A stretch of DNA of 64,000 nt from Sedimentisphaerales bacterium (GCA_963663805.2 CAXXMR010000013.1:32001-96000); one strand, 5' to 3'. Shown: positions 20,867-31,277, counted from the stretch's first letter. A program made the numbers and translations. The notes: generated from the sequence alone by a model not told the origin.

Positions 20867-22152
20867 TCAGTAGCAGGCCTCCGGCGGATCGATGTTGCAC
20901 TGCATCCAGTAGGAAGCGAAGACCGCGAAGTCATTGATGTCGGTAATGCAATCGCCATTGAAATCGGACGGCATTGCTGCGGTGCAGACGGGTCCGGAAA
21001 TTAGTAATTGATAATTTCCGGTTTGGCCGTCATAGCCAGCGATACGTACAAAATACGTTATTCCCTGCTGGACCGGCATTGTAACCTGGCTGGGCCATTT
21101 ATACTGACAGATTTCTGTGCCTGCGTCATCATTGCAAGCTAGTTCATTCCCGCCGCAGCTGTCGTAAATTGCCAGGGTAGTATCAAAACTGCTGCCGCAA
21201 AGACTGATGGTGTAGTCATAATCGAAGTCCGGCGTAAACGAATGCCACACGTCCAGCGTGTCATTACTGCCGCAACTGCTGGTCATGGTCCCGGTCGCAC
21301 CGCTGGTACTGCCTGTATAGGGTACGCCCACTTCCACTTCGATGGCGTTTTCGCATTCATCATGTTCTTGTACCACCATCCCGGTGATAGCAAAGTTGAA
21401 GGGGTTTTCATCCAGCATGTCGCCGTAGTCTTCGCCGCCGTCGGCATTAGTGAAACTTATCTCGCCTTGGTATATGCCCAGGGTTGTGGTATTCAGACTA
21501 ACCTCAAAGGTGTCCGACAGACCCGGTGCGATGGTGCTGTTCAGAGTTTCACTGAGGCTGAATCCTGCCGGCAGATTAACCGTGCCGATAGTCCAAAGGT
21601 GCACTGCCATCGTTATAAACGGTGAATGTCTGGGTCGGACCGGGTAGGCCCAGAATCGCCCGACCCGAAGTCCAGCGGCACGGTTTGGTTGTCAGCGATT
21701 TCATTGCTGCCTTGGTCGGTTACCCGGATTTCTGCCGGGGCCTGAACCTCTCCGGTTAAGGGAAAGTAGAAATCCTCTAACTGGTCGCAACTGATGACCG
21801 CGTTACCGTCCTTGACACCCACAACTTCCACCAGTAATTGAATCTCGAAAGTTTCCTCGTTGTTTGGTGCTATCCCCACTGTTGTTGCCAGCGGGTTGGG
21901 GCCGGTCGCGTAGCCGGTAGGTACACTGAGTATTATATTCGTCAGAGCTTCGGTGCCGGTGTTGTATAAGGTAAACGAAAGCACCGCAGGTGAAGTGCCC
22001 GCCCCGACAATGCCGAAATCTACAGGTGGGCCGCTCTGGACGCTCACGCCCGCATGACGAACCAGCAGGCCGGCTGAGCATATCGCCGCCCCGAAAAACA
22101 CTGCCAGACTAAAAGCCAAAATGCACTTACGGGGAATATTGAAACTGGACAT
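20867..22152 (-). CDS. Secreted protein with two Ig-like (choice-of-anchor D/ASH-like) domains, a PPC-like domain and a dockerin-like tail; frameshift near 21620
   Basis: Signal peptide; VDFG..FTLYNTG, ENPFNFAITG, HDECENA..DVWHSF..FDTTLAIYD..ACNDD, DFNGDCITDINDFAVFASYW. Confidence 0.75.
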
Positions 22153-22574
22153 AGCGGTTCTCTCCTTTCCAGGACCATAGACAAAAAGAACATTCATCTT
22201 CGACATTTTTAACGGCCGAAGCAAAAGGCCGGGCAGATGAGAAAAGCCCGAAGCTATATAAAAATATATCCCATTTACGGTTTTGGCAAATAAAAAATCG
22301 GTCGCGGGCCTACGAACTTTTTGATTTCGGGCCCACCTTCTATATTTGATTACCGGACTTCGCAAAAAAACTTTCCTTCTTTTCCGCGTCTATCATGCCT
22401 CTGGGACTTGATTTATAAAATCCAAACATTACCTGGGCTGTCCGGCTTATATTGTTACCCCAAACAGTCGATATTCGGCATAGGAAGTCTGTCGAAGTCG
22501 CGGCTTGAAGCAAGTGGAGTTTTTCGGTGAGTTTTTTTTGCAAAACAATTCCAATCAGAAAAAATTTGTTCGAC

Positions 22575-23090
22575 ATGACGCTGTTGAGATGCTTTTTGGT
22601 GTTGGTTGCTGCGTCTGCTTCACCTGCTCAGTGCAAAAGTGATTCAGCTGTGGCGAGAGTTACCGCAAGCGTGCCGGCCCGGATTTTCATTGGTACCACC
22701 GAAAAGCAAATTCGCGTTTCGTATAACGGTGATAGTTTTCTTGAAATTGAAATTCCTTTTCGAGTCAAGACCAATACCACTTGTGTTTCAGTATCTGTCT
22801 GTGCCGAAAATCTCCACTATGCTGACATGAGTGATGATGTATCGGTAATACCGATTGACACAAAGTGGCCGCTCCGGTTGAATTATTTTAATCGCACAGC
22901 CTCACTCAACTGGCAGGACTCAAGCCCGATGAAAATCAGGTCCACTCAGGCATATCAGATATTCGCGATTGACGATGCTTCTCTTGACACAACCATTAAT
23001 ATTCAGCTCAGATATACGCGTACTTGTGATTTTCTTCCTTACGGTCTTTACACCGGCCAGGTGAAACTTGTGACGGAAGTGCTTCCCTGA
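22575..23090 (+). CDS. Putative pilin subunit (CS1/CfaB-like), paralog of 25252-25824
   Basis: Signal peptide, alternating N-terminal strand ARVTASVPARIFI, C-terminal LPYGLYTGQVKLVTE. Confidence 0.6.
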   Translation: MTLLRCFLVLVAASASPAQCKSDSAVARVTASVPARIFIGTTEKQIRVSYNGDSFLEIEIPFRVKTNTTCVSVSVCAENLHYADMSDDVSVIPIDTKWPLRLNYFNRTASLNWQDSSPMKIRSTQAYQIFAIDDASLDTTINIQLRYTRTCDFLPYGLYTGQVKLVTEVLP

Positions 23091-23516
23091 AACAAATAAT
23101 TTGGCATGACCATTTTTGGTGTTTCCAAATCTCGCCCTGAGGACTTACCAATTATTGGCCGTCCATTTCTTCTTGTCAGAACAGTATCTACGGTTTGGTA
23201 ATTCCACAGATTGCCGATGGACGAACCTTTGTGACAAAAGGTGAGTCCTTTTTTTTATTTGGGGCGGTCAGTTTTTTTACCTGCGGTTTTGTTTTTCACT
23301 TGCCCGGCAACACTCTGTGTGATAAACCTTATGTGTAAGTTCTGTTGCTGATTCCGAGCAGTTGTTTGCGTTTTTTTCAGAAGTTCTTTTTTGTGTATCT
23401 TGCTTAATGAGACCATGTGGGCAGGCTTGGCGTGGTGTCCATAGTCGGGCTTGTCGGAATGACGTTGGTGTAAGTCTGGACCGGCGTTGTGAGAAAGCTA
23501 TGAAGGGAGAATTTCG

Positions 23517-25175
23517 ATGTCCGGGAGATCACTGTTTTTCTATGCGGGGGTGATTTGTCTGTCTGTCTCAATTTTTACCGCAAATGCCGGGGCGTTTGTT
23601 TACTATGTTGACCCTGCTGCTGCGGGTTCCGGCGATGGCAGCAGTTGGGCGAATGCTTTTCATTACTTGCAGGATGCCCTGGGTGCCGCCGCTTATGGCG
23701 ATCAGATACGAGTCGCTCAGGGTGTCTATCGACCGGACCGCTCTGTGGCAGACCCCACTGGCAGCGGCAACCGGGAAAAGTCTTTTGATTTGGTCAACGG
23801 GGTCAAAATGTACGGCGGTTTTCCTGCTGGCGGCGGGCCGATGGTTGCGCGAAGACCGCTTGTTTTTGAAACCATACTTTGCGGCGATCTGGAAGGCGAC
23901 GATATTCCAATAGCAGACCCGCGGATAATGTGTGATGAGGCGTCCCTGGTATTTCAGGATAATTCCTATCATGTGGTGACGGCTCTCAATGTGGACCCTG
24001 ATACGCGTCTTGACGGTTTTATTGTTACCGCTGGCAATGCCAACGGCACCCCGCCGGTTCAGCAGAAGGGCGGCGGTATGTATTGTGCCAGCGACGACCC
24101 TGCCCAGCCGCATATTTACGGCTGTCGGTTTATCGGTAATGCCGCTATCTGGGGCGGCGGATTGTATAACGAAGATGCTTCGACAACTGTCGCCTGCTGT
24201 GCTTTTCGGGGTAATGGTGCTGTCAATTACGGCGGGGGTGTTTACAACATAAACTTTTTCAATCCCGGTCCGGCTTATGCCAATTGCACTTTTTCATTTA
24301 ACGTCACCAGTGGTCGCGGCGGCGGGATATGCAATGTCAGCAGTGACTGTTCCTATGTGAATTGCCTGGTCAACGCAAATTTTGCCGAGGACCGCGGCGG
24401 CGGGGCATATAACATGTATCAGGGCTGTACGCCGGATTATATCAACTGCACTTTCATTTGCAATGAAGCCCTTATCGAAGGTGGTGCCATGCGCGACTAT
24501 GCTACCGATACCGTTTTGGTTAATAGCATCTTTTGGGGCAATATCGCACCCGTCGGCCCTCAGCTTGCCGCCCGGCTGGATGTTTGTTCCATGTATATAA
24601 GCTACTGCGATGTGCAGGGTGGGCTGGCGGATATTAACGCGGTTGATAACGCGCATATAATTTGGGGGACGGGTAATATAGATGCTTACCCGATGTTCGA
24701 TACCCCCGAAGAACCAGCCGAGTGTGAACCCTGGGCGTTCAGGCTGATGCCCGGCTCGCCCTGTCTCGATGCCGGTGATAGTTCAGCCCTGCCCGCTGAT
24801 ATTGCCGATGCTGATAATGACGGCGACACTTCAGAAATTATTTCGGTGGACTTTCGCGGTTATCTAAGAACGGTTGACGACCCCGATGCCCCCGACCTCG
24901 GCAATCCGCTGGCCCCTATGGTCGATATGGGTGTTTATGAAAGAGCGGTTTGCGGCGACCCGGGCCACTTGACTCCGCTGGGTGATTTAGACGGTAATTG
25001 TAAAGTTGATTTGTTTGATTTCGCCCGATTGGCAGCATTCTATGGTGTCGCTTCGTGCGGCGAGCCTGACTATTGCGAAGGTGCAGACCTCGACCTGGAC
25101 GGCGATGTCGATGATATGGATTTAGCGTTGCTCACCGGTAACTGGCTGGTTTGTACCCACCCCGATTGTGATTGA
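23517..25175 (+). CDS. Secreted right-handed beta-helix (Pmp-like GGA/FxxN repeat) protein with choice-of-anchor Q-like motif and dockerin-like tail
   Basis: YYVD..G.G.SWANAF..LQDAL, repeated F.GN.A..GGG, SPCLDAG, VDMGVYE, GDLDGNCKVDLFDF..ADLDLDGDVD..NWL. Confidence 0.85.
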   Translation: MSGRSLFFYAGVICLSVSIFTANAGAFVYYVDPAAAGSGDGSSWANAFHYLQDALGAAAYGDQIRVAQGVYRPDRSVADPTGSGNREKSFDLVNGVKMYGGFPAGGGPMVARRPLVFETILCGDLEGDDIPIADPRIMCDEASLVFQDNSYHVVTALNVDPDTRLDGFIVTAGNANGTPPVQQKGGGMYCASDDPAQPHIYGCRFIGNAAIWGGGLYNEDASTTVACCAFRGNGAVNYGGGVYNINFFNPGPAYANCTFSFNVTSGRGGGICNVSSDCSYVNCLVNANFAEDRGGGAYNMYQGCTPDYINCTFICNEALIEGGAMRDYATDTVLVNSIFWGNIAPVGPQLAARLDVCSMYISYCDVQGGLADINAVDNAHIIWGTGNIDAYPMFDTPEEPAECEPWAFRLMPGSPCLDAGDSSALPADIADADNDGDTSEIISVDFRGYLRTVDDPDAPDLGNPLAPMVDMGVYERAVCGDPGHLTPLGDLDGNCKVDLFDFARLAAFYGVASCGEPDYCEGADLDLDGDVDDMDLALLTGNWLVCTHPDCD

Positions 25176-25251
25176 GAGAGAAATATTTTACAAACGTGAT
25201 TGGCATTAATGCCATAAGATGATAACCGGATTCTGACTTGTCAGAAAGGAG

Positions 25252-25824
25252 ATGACCATGAAGAAGTTTGCATTTATAGCTATGGTTCTCATGGCGGCAA
25301 CGGGCGCCTGGGCGGGCGCCACCTCTGGTGATGCCACCGCTCATTTGTTTGTCGATGTCAATCCCACCATCGCGGTGGGTGTTGATGCCGGTTCTGCTCA
25401 TGTCGACCTGGGCACTATGACCACAGGTGATCAATCCGCGGTAGCGATTTTCACCATACATGCCAATCTGGAGTCGGTCAACATTCAGGTAATGGCCACC
25501 GACCTCTTTAAGGGCGATGTATACAGCAGTCCTTATAAGATTCTGCTGAAAAGGGCCGCTGAAGACGGTGCTCTCGTTGAGCCCGACAACGGCAACGCAA
25601 TGGACGGTCACGGCAATATGCTCGGCTGGGAGCCAAGTCCCAGTGTCGATACTATTGACGGTATGACCCTATGGCAAACTGAAATTTGGGCCTTCGAAAG
25701 TGGCAGCAATGGCAATTTCAGCCAGGATGTCACAGTAACGGTTGAATATACCAACAGCGACGATGAACTGCCGCAGGGGGAATATAGCGGGTATATGAAA
25801 ATCGTGGCCTCGATCGGCCCCTAA
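25252..25824 (+). CDS. Putative major pilin subunit (CS1/CfaB-like)
   Basis: AGAAAGGAG RBS, signal peptide, donor-strand-like ATAHLFVDVNPTIAV, C-terminal LPQGEYSGYMKIVAS. Confidence 0.7.
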   Translation: MTMKKFAFIAMVLMAATGAWAGATSGDATAHLFVDVNPTIAVGVDAGSAHVDLGTMTTGDQSAVAIFTIHANLESVNIQVMATDLFKGDVYSSPYKILLKRAAEDGALVEPDNGNAMDGHGNMLGWEPSPSVDTIDGMTLWQTEIWAFESGSNGNFSQDVTVTVEYTNSDDELPQGEYSGYMKIVASIGP

Positions 25825-25960
25825 ACATGACGACGGCCAGAAAGCCGCATCGTCTGTGACGCATAATGCCAGTCACGTTTTTATTATGCGTAAATACAAA
25901 CAACACCCCCAAACGCGTAGCGAAAACCGAACGGCGCAAGGGCATGTTGCCCAAACAGGA

Positions 25961-25983
25961 GCCGAGCCGCGCAAGCGGCCGGA
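25961..25983 (-). repeat. REP-like hairpin copy
   Basis: Reverse complement TCCGGCCGCTTGCGCGGCTCGGC, one mismatch to 1265-1287. Confidence 0.75.
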
Positions 25984-26049
25984 TTGAACACCAAAACCCG
26001 TTATTTTCAGCTGTTGTTCGAAGTTTAAGATTTTTATTTTTAGTATCGT

Positions 26050-26120
26050 TGTAACCGTTCACGGCTTTTTTCATAAAACACCCCGAAGGGGCGAAAGAAA
26101 ACTAACCATGAACGGTTACA
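26050..26120. mobile_element. MITE-like 71-bp element
   Basis: 15-bp terminal inverted repeats TGTAACCGTTCACGG / CCATGAACGGTTACA (one mismatch), internal CCCC-GAA-GGGG hairpin. Confidence 0.55.
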
Positions 26121-26149
26121 TCCTATTAAAATCAAGTACCCAACAAAGC

Positions 26150-26212
26150 GTTGCCGTTAAGTTAAAAATCTGCGTAATCCGCGGTTAAAAAAATTGTTGC
26201 CGTTAGCCGTTT
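26150..26212 (-). repeat. Nonamer-type repeat module flanked by AACGGC, inverted relative to 32181-32224
   Basis: Reverse complement contains AACGGCAAC..TTTAACCGCGGATTACGCAGATTTTTAACTTAACGGCAAC. Confidence 0.7.
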
Positions 26213-26269
26213 AACAAAAAAGTAAATCCCTTAATCTTGTCAAAATATTTCGTTTGGGAAAAGTAAAAT

Positions 26270-27190
26270 ATGCAGAAACAATTATTAACCCGGCAGAAAG
26301 TGCTTACTGTCGTAATGAATAATGTGTTCGCACTGCTGCTGTTGACGGCGGTGTGCGCTTCTCCGGTTTGGGCCGACGTGAGTATCGAACCTGCCTATGT
26401 CGAAGTCGCTCTGGACAATGGCCGACCGGCCGGCAGATTCCTCATCTCCAATCTCGGCGACCAGGAAGAACGTTATCGTATCAACGCCATTCATTTTACC
26501 AATACCCCCACCGGCGGAATCAATCAGTCCGCCACCGGAGATAATTCGCTGGCGACCTGGATTCATTTCAATCCGAGAGAACTTACCATCGCTCCCAAAA
26601 CTCAGCGGGCGGTGCGTTTTGCGATAGTGCCCCGCGGCAAACTTCAGCCGGGCGAATACTGGGCCGCAATGGAACTCGAATCACTAAACGTTACCATCGC
26701 CGAAAACGAGGACGACAAAGGCCGCAAAGTCAAACTCCGGGTCGTGCCTACGATTATGGTACCGATGTTCGGCACTTATGGCGATGTCAGCTACAAAGGA
26801 ACCCTCGATGCGCCGACATTGGAGGTTAATCCGCAGGGTGTTTATCTTAAGACCACTTTGGAAAATCAGGGCACCGGCCGAATCGGGGCCAAGTGCCGTT
26901 TCGAGGTCATTGACAACCAGGGCCAGGCACTTATCGAAGAGCCGCTGGGCCGGGCCTATGTGCTGCGGGACGCTCATCGGATTTTCACCAAGGCCTTTCA
27001 CCCTGAAGACCTGCCCGCCGGTGAGTACAAGTTCAGGATCATCTGCAATGCCGAACATCTTACCGAACCGCTGGTCAGTCAGGCCCTGATTCACTGGCCC
27101 CCGCCTGAGAAGGCCATTCGGGAGAGTTCCCCTGCCGCCGCTGCTGATGCTAACGCGGACTTGACCAGCCCCGTGTCCCGGAACCGGTAA
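26270..27190 (+). CDS. Putative periplasmic pilus assembly chaperone (PapD-like, two Ig domains)
   Basis: Signal peptide; VSIEP..V, ISNLG, WIHFNPRELTIAP..QRAVRF..P..L.PGEY, LENQGTG motifs. Confidence 0.75.
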   Translation: MQKQLLTRQKVLTVVMNNVFALLLLTAVCASPVWADVSIEPAYVEVALDNGRPAGRFLISNLGDQEERYRINAIHFTNTPTGGINQSATGDNSLATWIHFNPRELTIAPKTQRAVRFAIVPRGKLQPGEYWAAMELESLNVTIAENEDDKGRKVKLRVVPTIMVPMFGTYGDVSYKGTLDAPTLEVNPQGVYLKTTLENQGTGRIGAKCRFEVIDNQGQALIEEPLGRAYVLRDAHRIFTKAFHPEDLPAGEYKFRIICNAEHLTEPLVSQALIHWPPPEKAIRESSPAAAADANADLTSPVSRNR

Positions 27191-27198
27191 GGTGTGGT

Positions 27199-30100
27199 GT
27201 GGTGTGTCGTGATACAGCCGGGAAACTGCCGATAGCGGTTTTTCTGACAGCGGTTATTTGTATTATAAATCTTGACATATGGGCACAACCGGCTGACACC
27301 GAGACTGTCCTGCCGCCCGACGAACAGTTCGCACCCGATTCGCCCACCGCTCCGGAAGCTCGCGTTCAGGAATTGGTGGGTTTTCTTTTGCGCGGCCAAC
27401 GACGGCTGGACCGACTGACAATTAATGACCTGGACACGATTGTAAATGGCGAAAATCTGCGGTATCTGCCCCTGCTACGCCTGCTGGACGCGCTCAAGGT
27501 GCCGGTTAAAGAGGAAATTCAGAGCTATACCTTCGCCCCTGAAGGTGTTGGTACGGTTATGCTGAACCTGAAGGAAAAAGCTCTGACAATCAATTCCCAG
27601 ACTCGCCCGATTGTGTTTTTGCAGGCCACTTCTTTGATAACGCTCAAGCCGGATATTTTTCTGCGGGTTGCCGACATCGCGGAAATTCTGGATATGGATT
27701 TAGTCTGGGATAATTCGCTGTATGAATATCATGTCGATATCGACCGTAAGCTGAGCATCTGGAAAAGAGCCAGTGCCACCGCTGACTTTCGCAAGATTAA
27801 GGCTTTATATGTACCGGCGAACCTGCCGGAGCTGCTCGGCCCAGCCCAGTGCAGCGAGTCTATAGTGCAGTTTGTTGAAAATAATTTTCGGGCGGGCTGG
27901 GACTTTCGGCCTGATGCCCAAGAGGCCGCGTCGACGCATATAGTTAATATTTCCGGTCCGCGAACCACGCTTTATGGTGCTGTCGCTAAATCGCAATATA
28001 AGCTGGATTTTTCGTTGCGGTCGGGTTTGTGGGATAATCAGGATTCCTGGCAATGGAACGACCCGGATGATTCGGTGATTACAATTAACCGTGCGGAAAT
28101 GCTCTGGCGGCTGGACAAAGCTGAAATTGCTGTGGGTGATTCGACAGTCGGCATTGGCGAGCTGATTTTTCCGGTGACGGATATTTTTGGCGTGCGGATT
28201 AACGGCCTGGCAGGTTTTTCGCTGGACGAGTTGGAAGATGACATATCTGAGATGGGCATAAATTCTTATTTCAACAAGCCTTATGATTTTGAAGGCACCG
28301 CGCCGGCAGGAGCGACAGTTGAGTTGTATTTGAACGACCGGGTAATCGCCACCGAGGAGGTTCTGCCGGAAGAAGACCTGCCGCCGGGTTTTGGCAGTTA
28401 TTTGTTTGAGGATATTCGATTGCCGGGCGGGATTCTCAATGAAATCGAGATTGTGATAACCGATTTGAACGGTCAGCAGACCCGACTGCAAAAAAATATC
28501 ATCGGCGGCCCGTCGCTTCTGCCCAAAGGCAAAGCCGCCTACCTTGCCGCAGCAGGTACCAGGCGGGATTTGGGGATTGCTACGAGCTCTGGGGTTGAAA
28601 TCGGCAAGACACTGGGCCGAATCACAGCAGGTCGGTTCCTTTACGGTCTGACCGACAGGCTTACTGTGGGGACCATGCTGGCCTGGCAGGATGATTATCA
28701 TCGACCGGAGAGTCAGGAGGTTTCAGATTTACGTCCGCGGGCTTTGCCGGAGTCCAGCAGTCATGCCGGGGGGATGTTTTCGTTTTTGCCGGTGGATAAC
28801 GTATTGCTATCAGGTGATTTAGCGTTTAGCCGGGGCGAGGGGAAAAGCGAATATGATGATTTTGCTTTTCGTTCGACGGTTGAGTATATGCCGCGACGGG
28901 ATTTGACATTTAAGGCGGATTATCTGAATTTTGGTTCGGATTATTTTGATGGTCAGAATTGTGATGCTCGTGACCGTCGGGCCGGTGCGATGGGAGTGAT
29001 TTGGCGGCTGGGTCGGCTGGGGAATCTGGAAGGTTATCTTGGAAACGTTAAGAACAATCTGGATAACGAGTTAGACGAAACTCTTCAGGCGGACTATCAG
29101 AGTCTGATTTTGCGTTCTTCGGTATTACCGAAGACTTCAGTGACGGTTGAATTTGACCGGCTGGTGCCGAACTGGGGTTCGGGTCAGAAGAATCTGACGA
29201 CAATTAAGGTTCGTTCTACGCCGCGGCGTGATTTAGATATTTTTGGTCAGATTTCGACGGGCAATGATTTGGCTGAGGATTCTCGTCGGGAGCTGTTTTC
29301 AGGGCTGAAATTGCCTGGTTTGATAGATTTTGATTCTCCGTCCCAGTACTGGACGGTCCGCAAGCAATTGCCTCGTAATAATAGTCTGGCGTTTACTTAT
29401 TCGCAGACGGGCGGGGATGAGGAGTTGATTCTGACGCATGATGTTTCGGTTAAGGTCGGTAACAGCTTGAGGTTACGGACCGAGGCGGTCAAGGATTTGA
29501 GTACGGATGTGGGGGCGGAGCAATACTCTTACCGGCATCGTGCGGCTTATTTTCTGGATGAGCGGGGTAATAATCGAGTTGGTTTTGAGTGTGAGTATGA
29601 AGATCGCGAATGGGAGTTAATGTTTTACATAAGTTTACGTGATTTGTTCGCATGTCACGAGGGGCGGCTGGTTCGGGCGGATACCCGTCGGGTGAGGACG
29701 ACGGCGGGCGCGGTTAATGGGGTGGTTTTTGTGGATATTAACGCCAACGGGGTTCGGGATGCGCAAGAGCCGCCATTGGAAGGTGTTACGGTGCGGATGG
29801 GTAAGGTTTCGGCTGCGGTTACGGATAATCAGGGTTATTATATTCTGCCGGCTCCTTACAGCACGCGTCAGGTGCGGGTGTTCCTGGATTTGGAAAGCGT
29901 ACCGGCGGTATATTCTGTAAGCCACGGTACACAAATGGCTAATATTCTGCCGGGTTGTCTGACGGAGGTTAATCTGGGGGTTTCGCCGCTGATTTCTGTT
30001 TCGGGGCGGGTTATTGCGGAAATCGCGGGTGAGGATTCGCGAAATGTGGCGGGTCTGCGGATGGTTCTGACGGAGTTTGAGAGCGGAAAGTTTGGGGGCG

Positions 30101-30291
30101 ATTCGGTAACTGCTCGTGACGGCAGCTTTTATATCGGAGACATTAGGCCGGGGCGGTATCGTTTGGCGGTTGATAAGAACACTTTGAGCAGTGACTATAT
30201 GATTGATGAGCATGAGCGGATAATCGAGGTGATGCCGACGGAGGAGTTTGCGGAGATGGTGGTCGATGATTTTCTGGCGCAGTTAAGGTGA
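27199..30291 (+). CDS. Putative outer-membrane usher-like protein with C-terminal SdrD-B/carboxypeptidase-regulatory-like domains
   Basis: 1030 aa; plug-like GTAPAGATVELYLND, YGLTDRLTVG, amphipathic beta strands, GVVFVDINANGVRD..E..LEGV. Confidence 0.72.
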   Translation: MVCRDTAGKLPIAVFLTAVICIINLDIWAQPADTETVLPPDEQFAPDSPTAPEARVQELVGFLLRGQRRLDRLTINDLDTIVNGENLRYLPLLRLLDALKVPVKEEIQSYTFAPEGVGTVMLNLKEKALTINSQTRPIVFLQATSLITLKPDIFLRVADIAEILDMDLVWDNSLYEYHVDIDRKLSIWKRASATADFRKIKALYVPANLPELLGPAQCSESIVQFVENNFRAGWDFRPDAQEAASTHIVNISGPRTTLYGAVAKSQYKLDFSLRSGLWDNQDSWQWNDPDDSVITINRAEMLWRLDKAEIAVGDSTVGIGELIFPVTDIFGVRINGLAGFSLDELEDDISEMGINSYFNKPYDFEGTAPAGATVELYLNDRVIATEEVLPEEDLPPGFGSYLFEDIRLPGGILNEIEIVITDLNGQQTRLQKNIIGGPSLLPKGKAAYLAAAGTRRDLGIATSSGVEIGKTLGRITAGRFLYGLTDRLTVGTMLAWQDDYHRPESQEVSDLRPRALPESSSHAGGMFSFLPVDNVLLSGDLAFSRGEGKSEYDDFAFRSTVEYMPRRDLTFKADYLNFGSDYFDGQNCDARDRRAGAMGVIWRLGRLGNLEGYLGNVKNNLDNELDETLQADYQSLILRSSVLPKTSVTVEFDRLVPNWGSGQKNLTTIKVRSTPRRDLDIFGQISTGNDLAEDSRRELFSGLKLPGLIDFDSPSQYWTVRKQLPRNNSLAFTYSQTGGDEELILTHDVSVKVGNSLRLRTEAVKDLSTDVGAEQYSYRHRAAYFLDERGNNRVGFECEYEDREWELMFYISLRDLFACHEGRLVRADTRRVRTTAGAVNGVVFVDINANGVRDAQEPPLEGVTVRMGKVSAAVTDNQGYYILPAPYSTRQVRVFLDLESVPAVYSVSHGTQMANILPGCLTEVNLGVSPLISVSGRVIAEIAGEDSRNVAGLRMVLTEFESGKFGGDSVTARDGSFYIGDIRPGRYRLAVDKNTLSSDYMIDEHERIIEVMPTEEFAEMVVDDFLAQLR

Positions 30292-30305
30292 TATATTACA
30301 GTAAG

Positions 30306-31277
30306 TTAGAATTTTTTCTTATATATGTGGCAGTATGGTGAAGTTCCTTTGTGCTGATAGTAGTCTTGATGGTAATCTTCAGCGGGATAGAAAACTCCGG
30401 CGGGGGTGATTTTGGTTTTTATATCGTAACCTTTTTCTTTTAAGATGTTTATAAGTTCTTCGGCAGTTTGTTTTTGCTGGTCGTTCAGGTAGAAAATCTC
30501 GGAGCGGTATTGAGTGCCGATGTCTGGGCCTTGCCGGTTGAGCTGGGTGGGGTCGTGGGTTTCGAAGAAGAGGATGGTTAAATCCCGGTATGATATAACT
30601 TTAGGGTCGTAGGTTACTTCTGTGCATTCGGCGTGGCCAGTCTGGCCGGTGCAGACTTGCTGGTAGGTGGGATTTTCGGTAGGGCCGCCGGTGAAGCCGA
30701 CGGTAGTTGATATAACTCCTTTTGCTTTCTGGAGATAGTATTCAGTTCCCCAGAAGCAGCCGGAGGCGAAGAGGGCTTTTTCATTTTCGGGAGTGAAATT
30801 GAGGGAGATGGAGTTGACGCAGTAGCGTTTGTTTTTTTCTGTAAACCCTTCTCCGGTAAAGAGATGACCGAGGTGGGCGTCACATTTAGAGCAAGTGATT
30901 TCGGTGCGGATTCCGTCGGGGTCGGGTGATTTGGTGACGGCGTTGGGGATTTCGTCATCGAAGCTGGGCCAGCCGCAGTCGGATTTGAATTTGCTGGTAT
31001 GGTAAAACAGTGGGGCTCCGCAGCGTTTACAGTTGTAAGTTCCTTCCTCAAAATAATTAACATATTCTCCGGTGAATGGTCGTTCGGTGCCTTTATGGAT
31101 GATTATCCGTTCTTCTTCGGGGGTTAGGGGGTTATACATGGGTTCGGCCTTTGCGGTTTTTAGGGTTTGGGTAGTTTGGGGTTCCTGTTTTTCGCATCCG
31201 GGGAAAATGGCCAGGAGTGGAAAAAATATTAGTGCCGTACCTATAATTGGCCAAATGGGTCTGCTTTGAGTATTCAT
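30306..31277 (-). CDS. msrAB: Bifunctional methionine sulfoxide reductase, MsrB-MsrA order, lipoprotein
   Basis: GTERPFTG, GWPSF, HLGH.F, RYCVNS (MsrB); GCFWG, DIGTQYRS, AEDYHQDY (MsrA); hydrophobic leader ending in PGC. Confidence 0.95.
   Translation of the reverse strand: MNTQSRPIWPIIGTALIFFPLLAIFPGCEKQEPQTTQTLKTAKAEPMYNPLTPEEERIIIHKGTERPFTGEYVNYFEEGTYNCKRCGAPLFYHTSKFKSDCGWPSFDDEIPNAVTKSPDPDGIRTEITCSKCDAHLGHLFTGEGFTEKNKRYCVNSISLNFTPENEKALFASGCFWGTEYYLQKAKGVISTTVGFTGGPTENPTYQQVCTGQTGHAECTEVTYDPKVISYRDLTILFFETHDPTQLNRQGPDIGTQYRSEIFYLNDQQKQTAEELINILKEKGYDIKTKITPAGVFYPAEDYHQDYYQHKGTSPYCHIYKKKF

Noticed and set aside
22152..23516. c-di-GMP riboswitch upstream of the pilus genes
   Set aside because: I looked for the GEMM GGCAAA..GAAA..GACGCAAAG pattern on both strands and did not see it.
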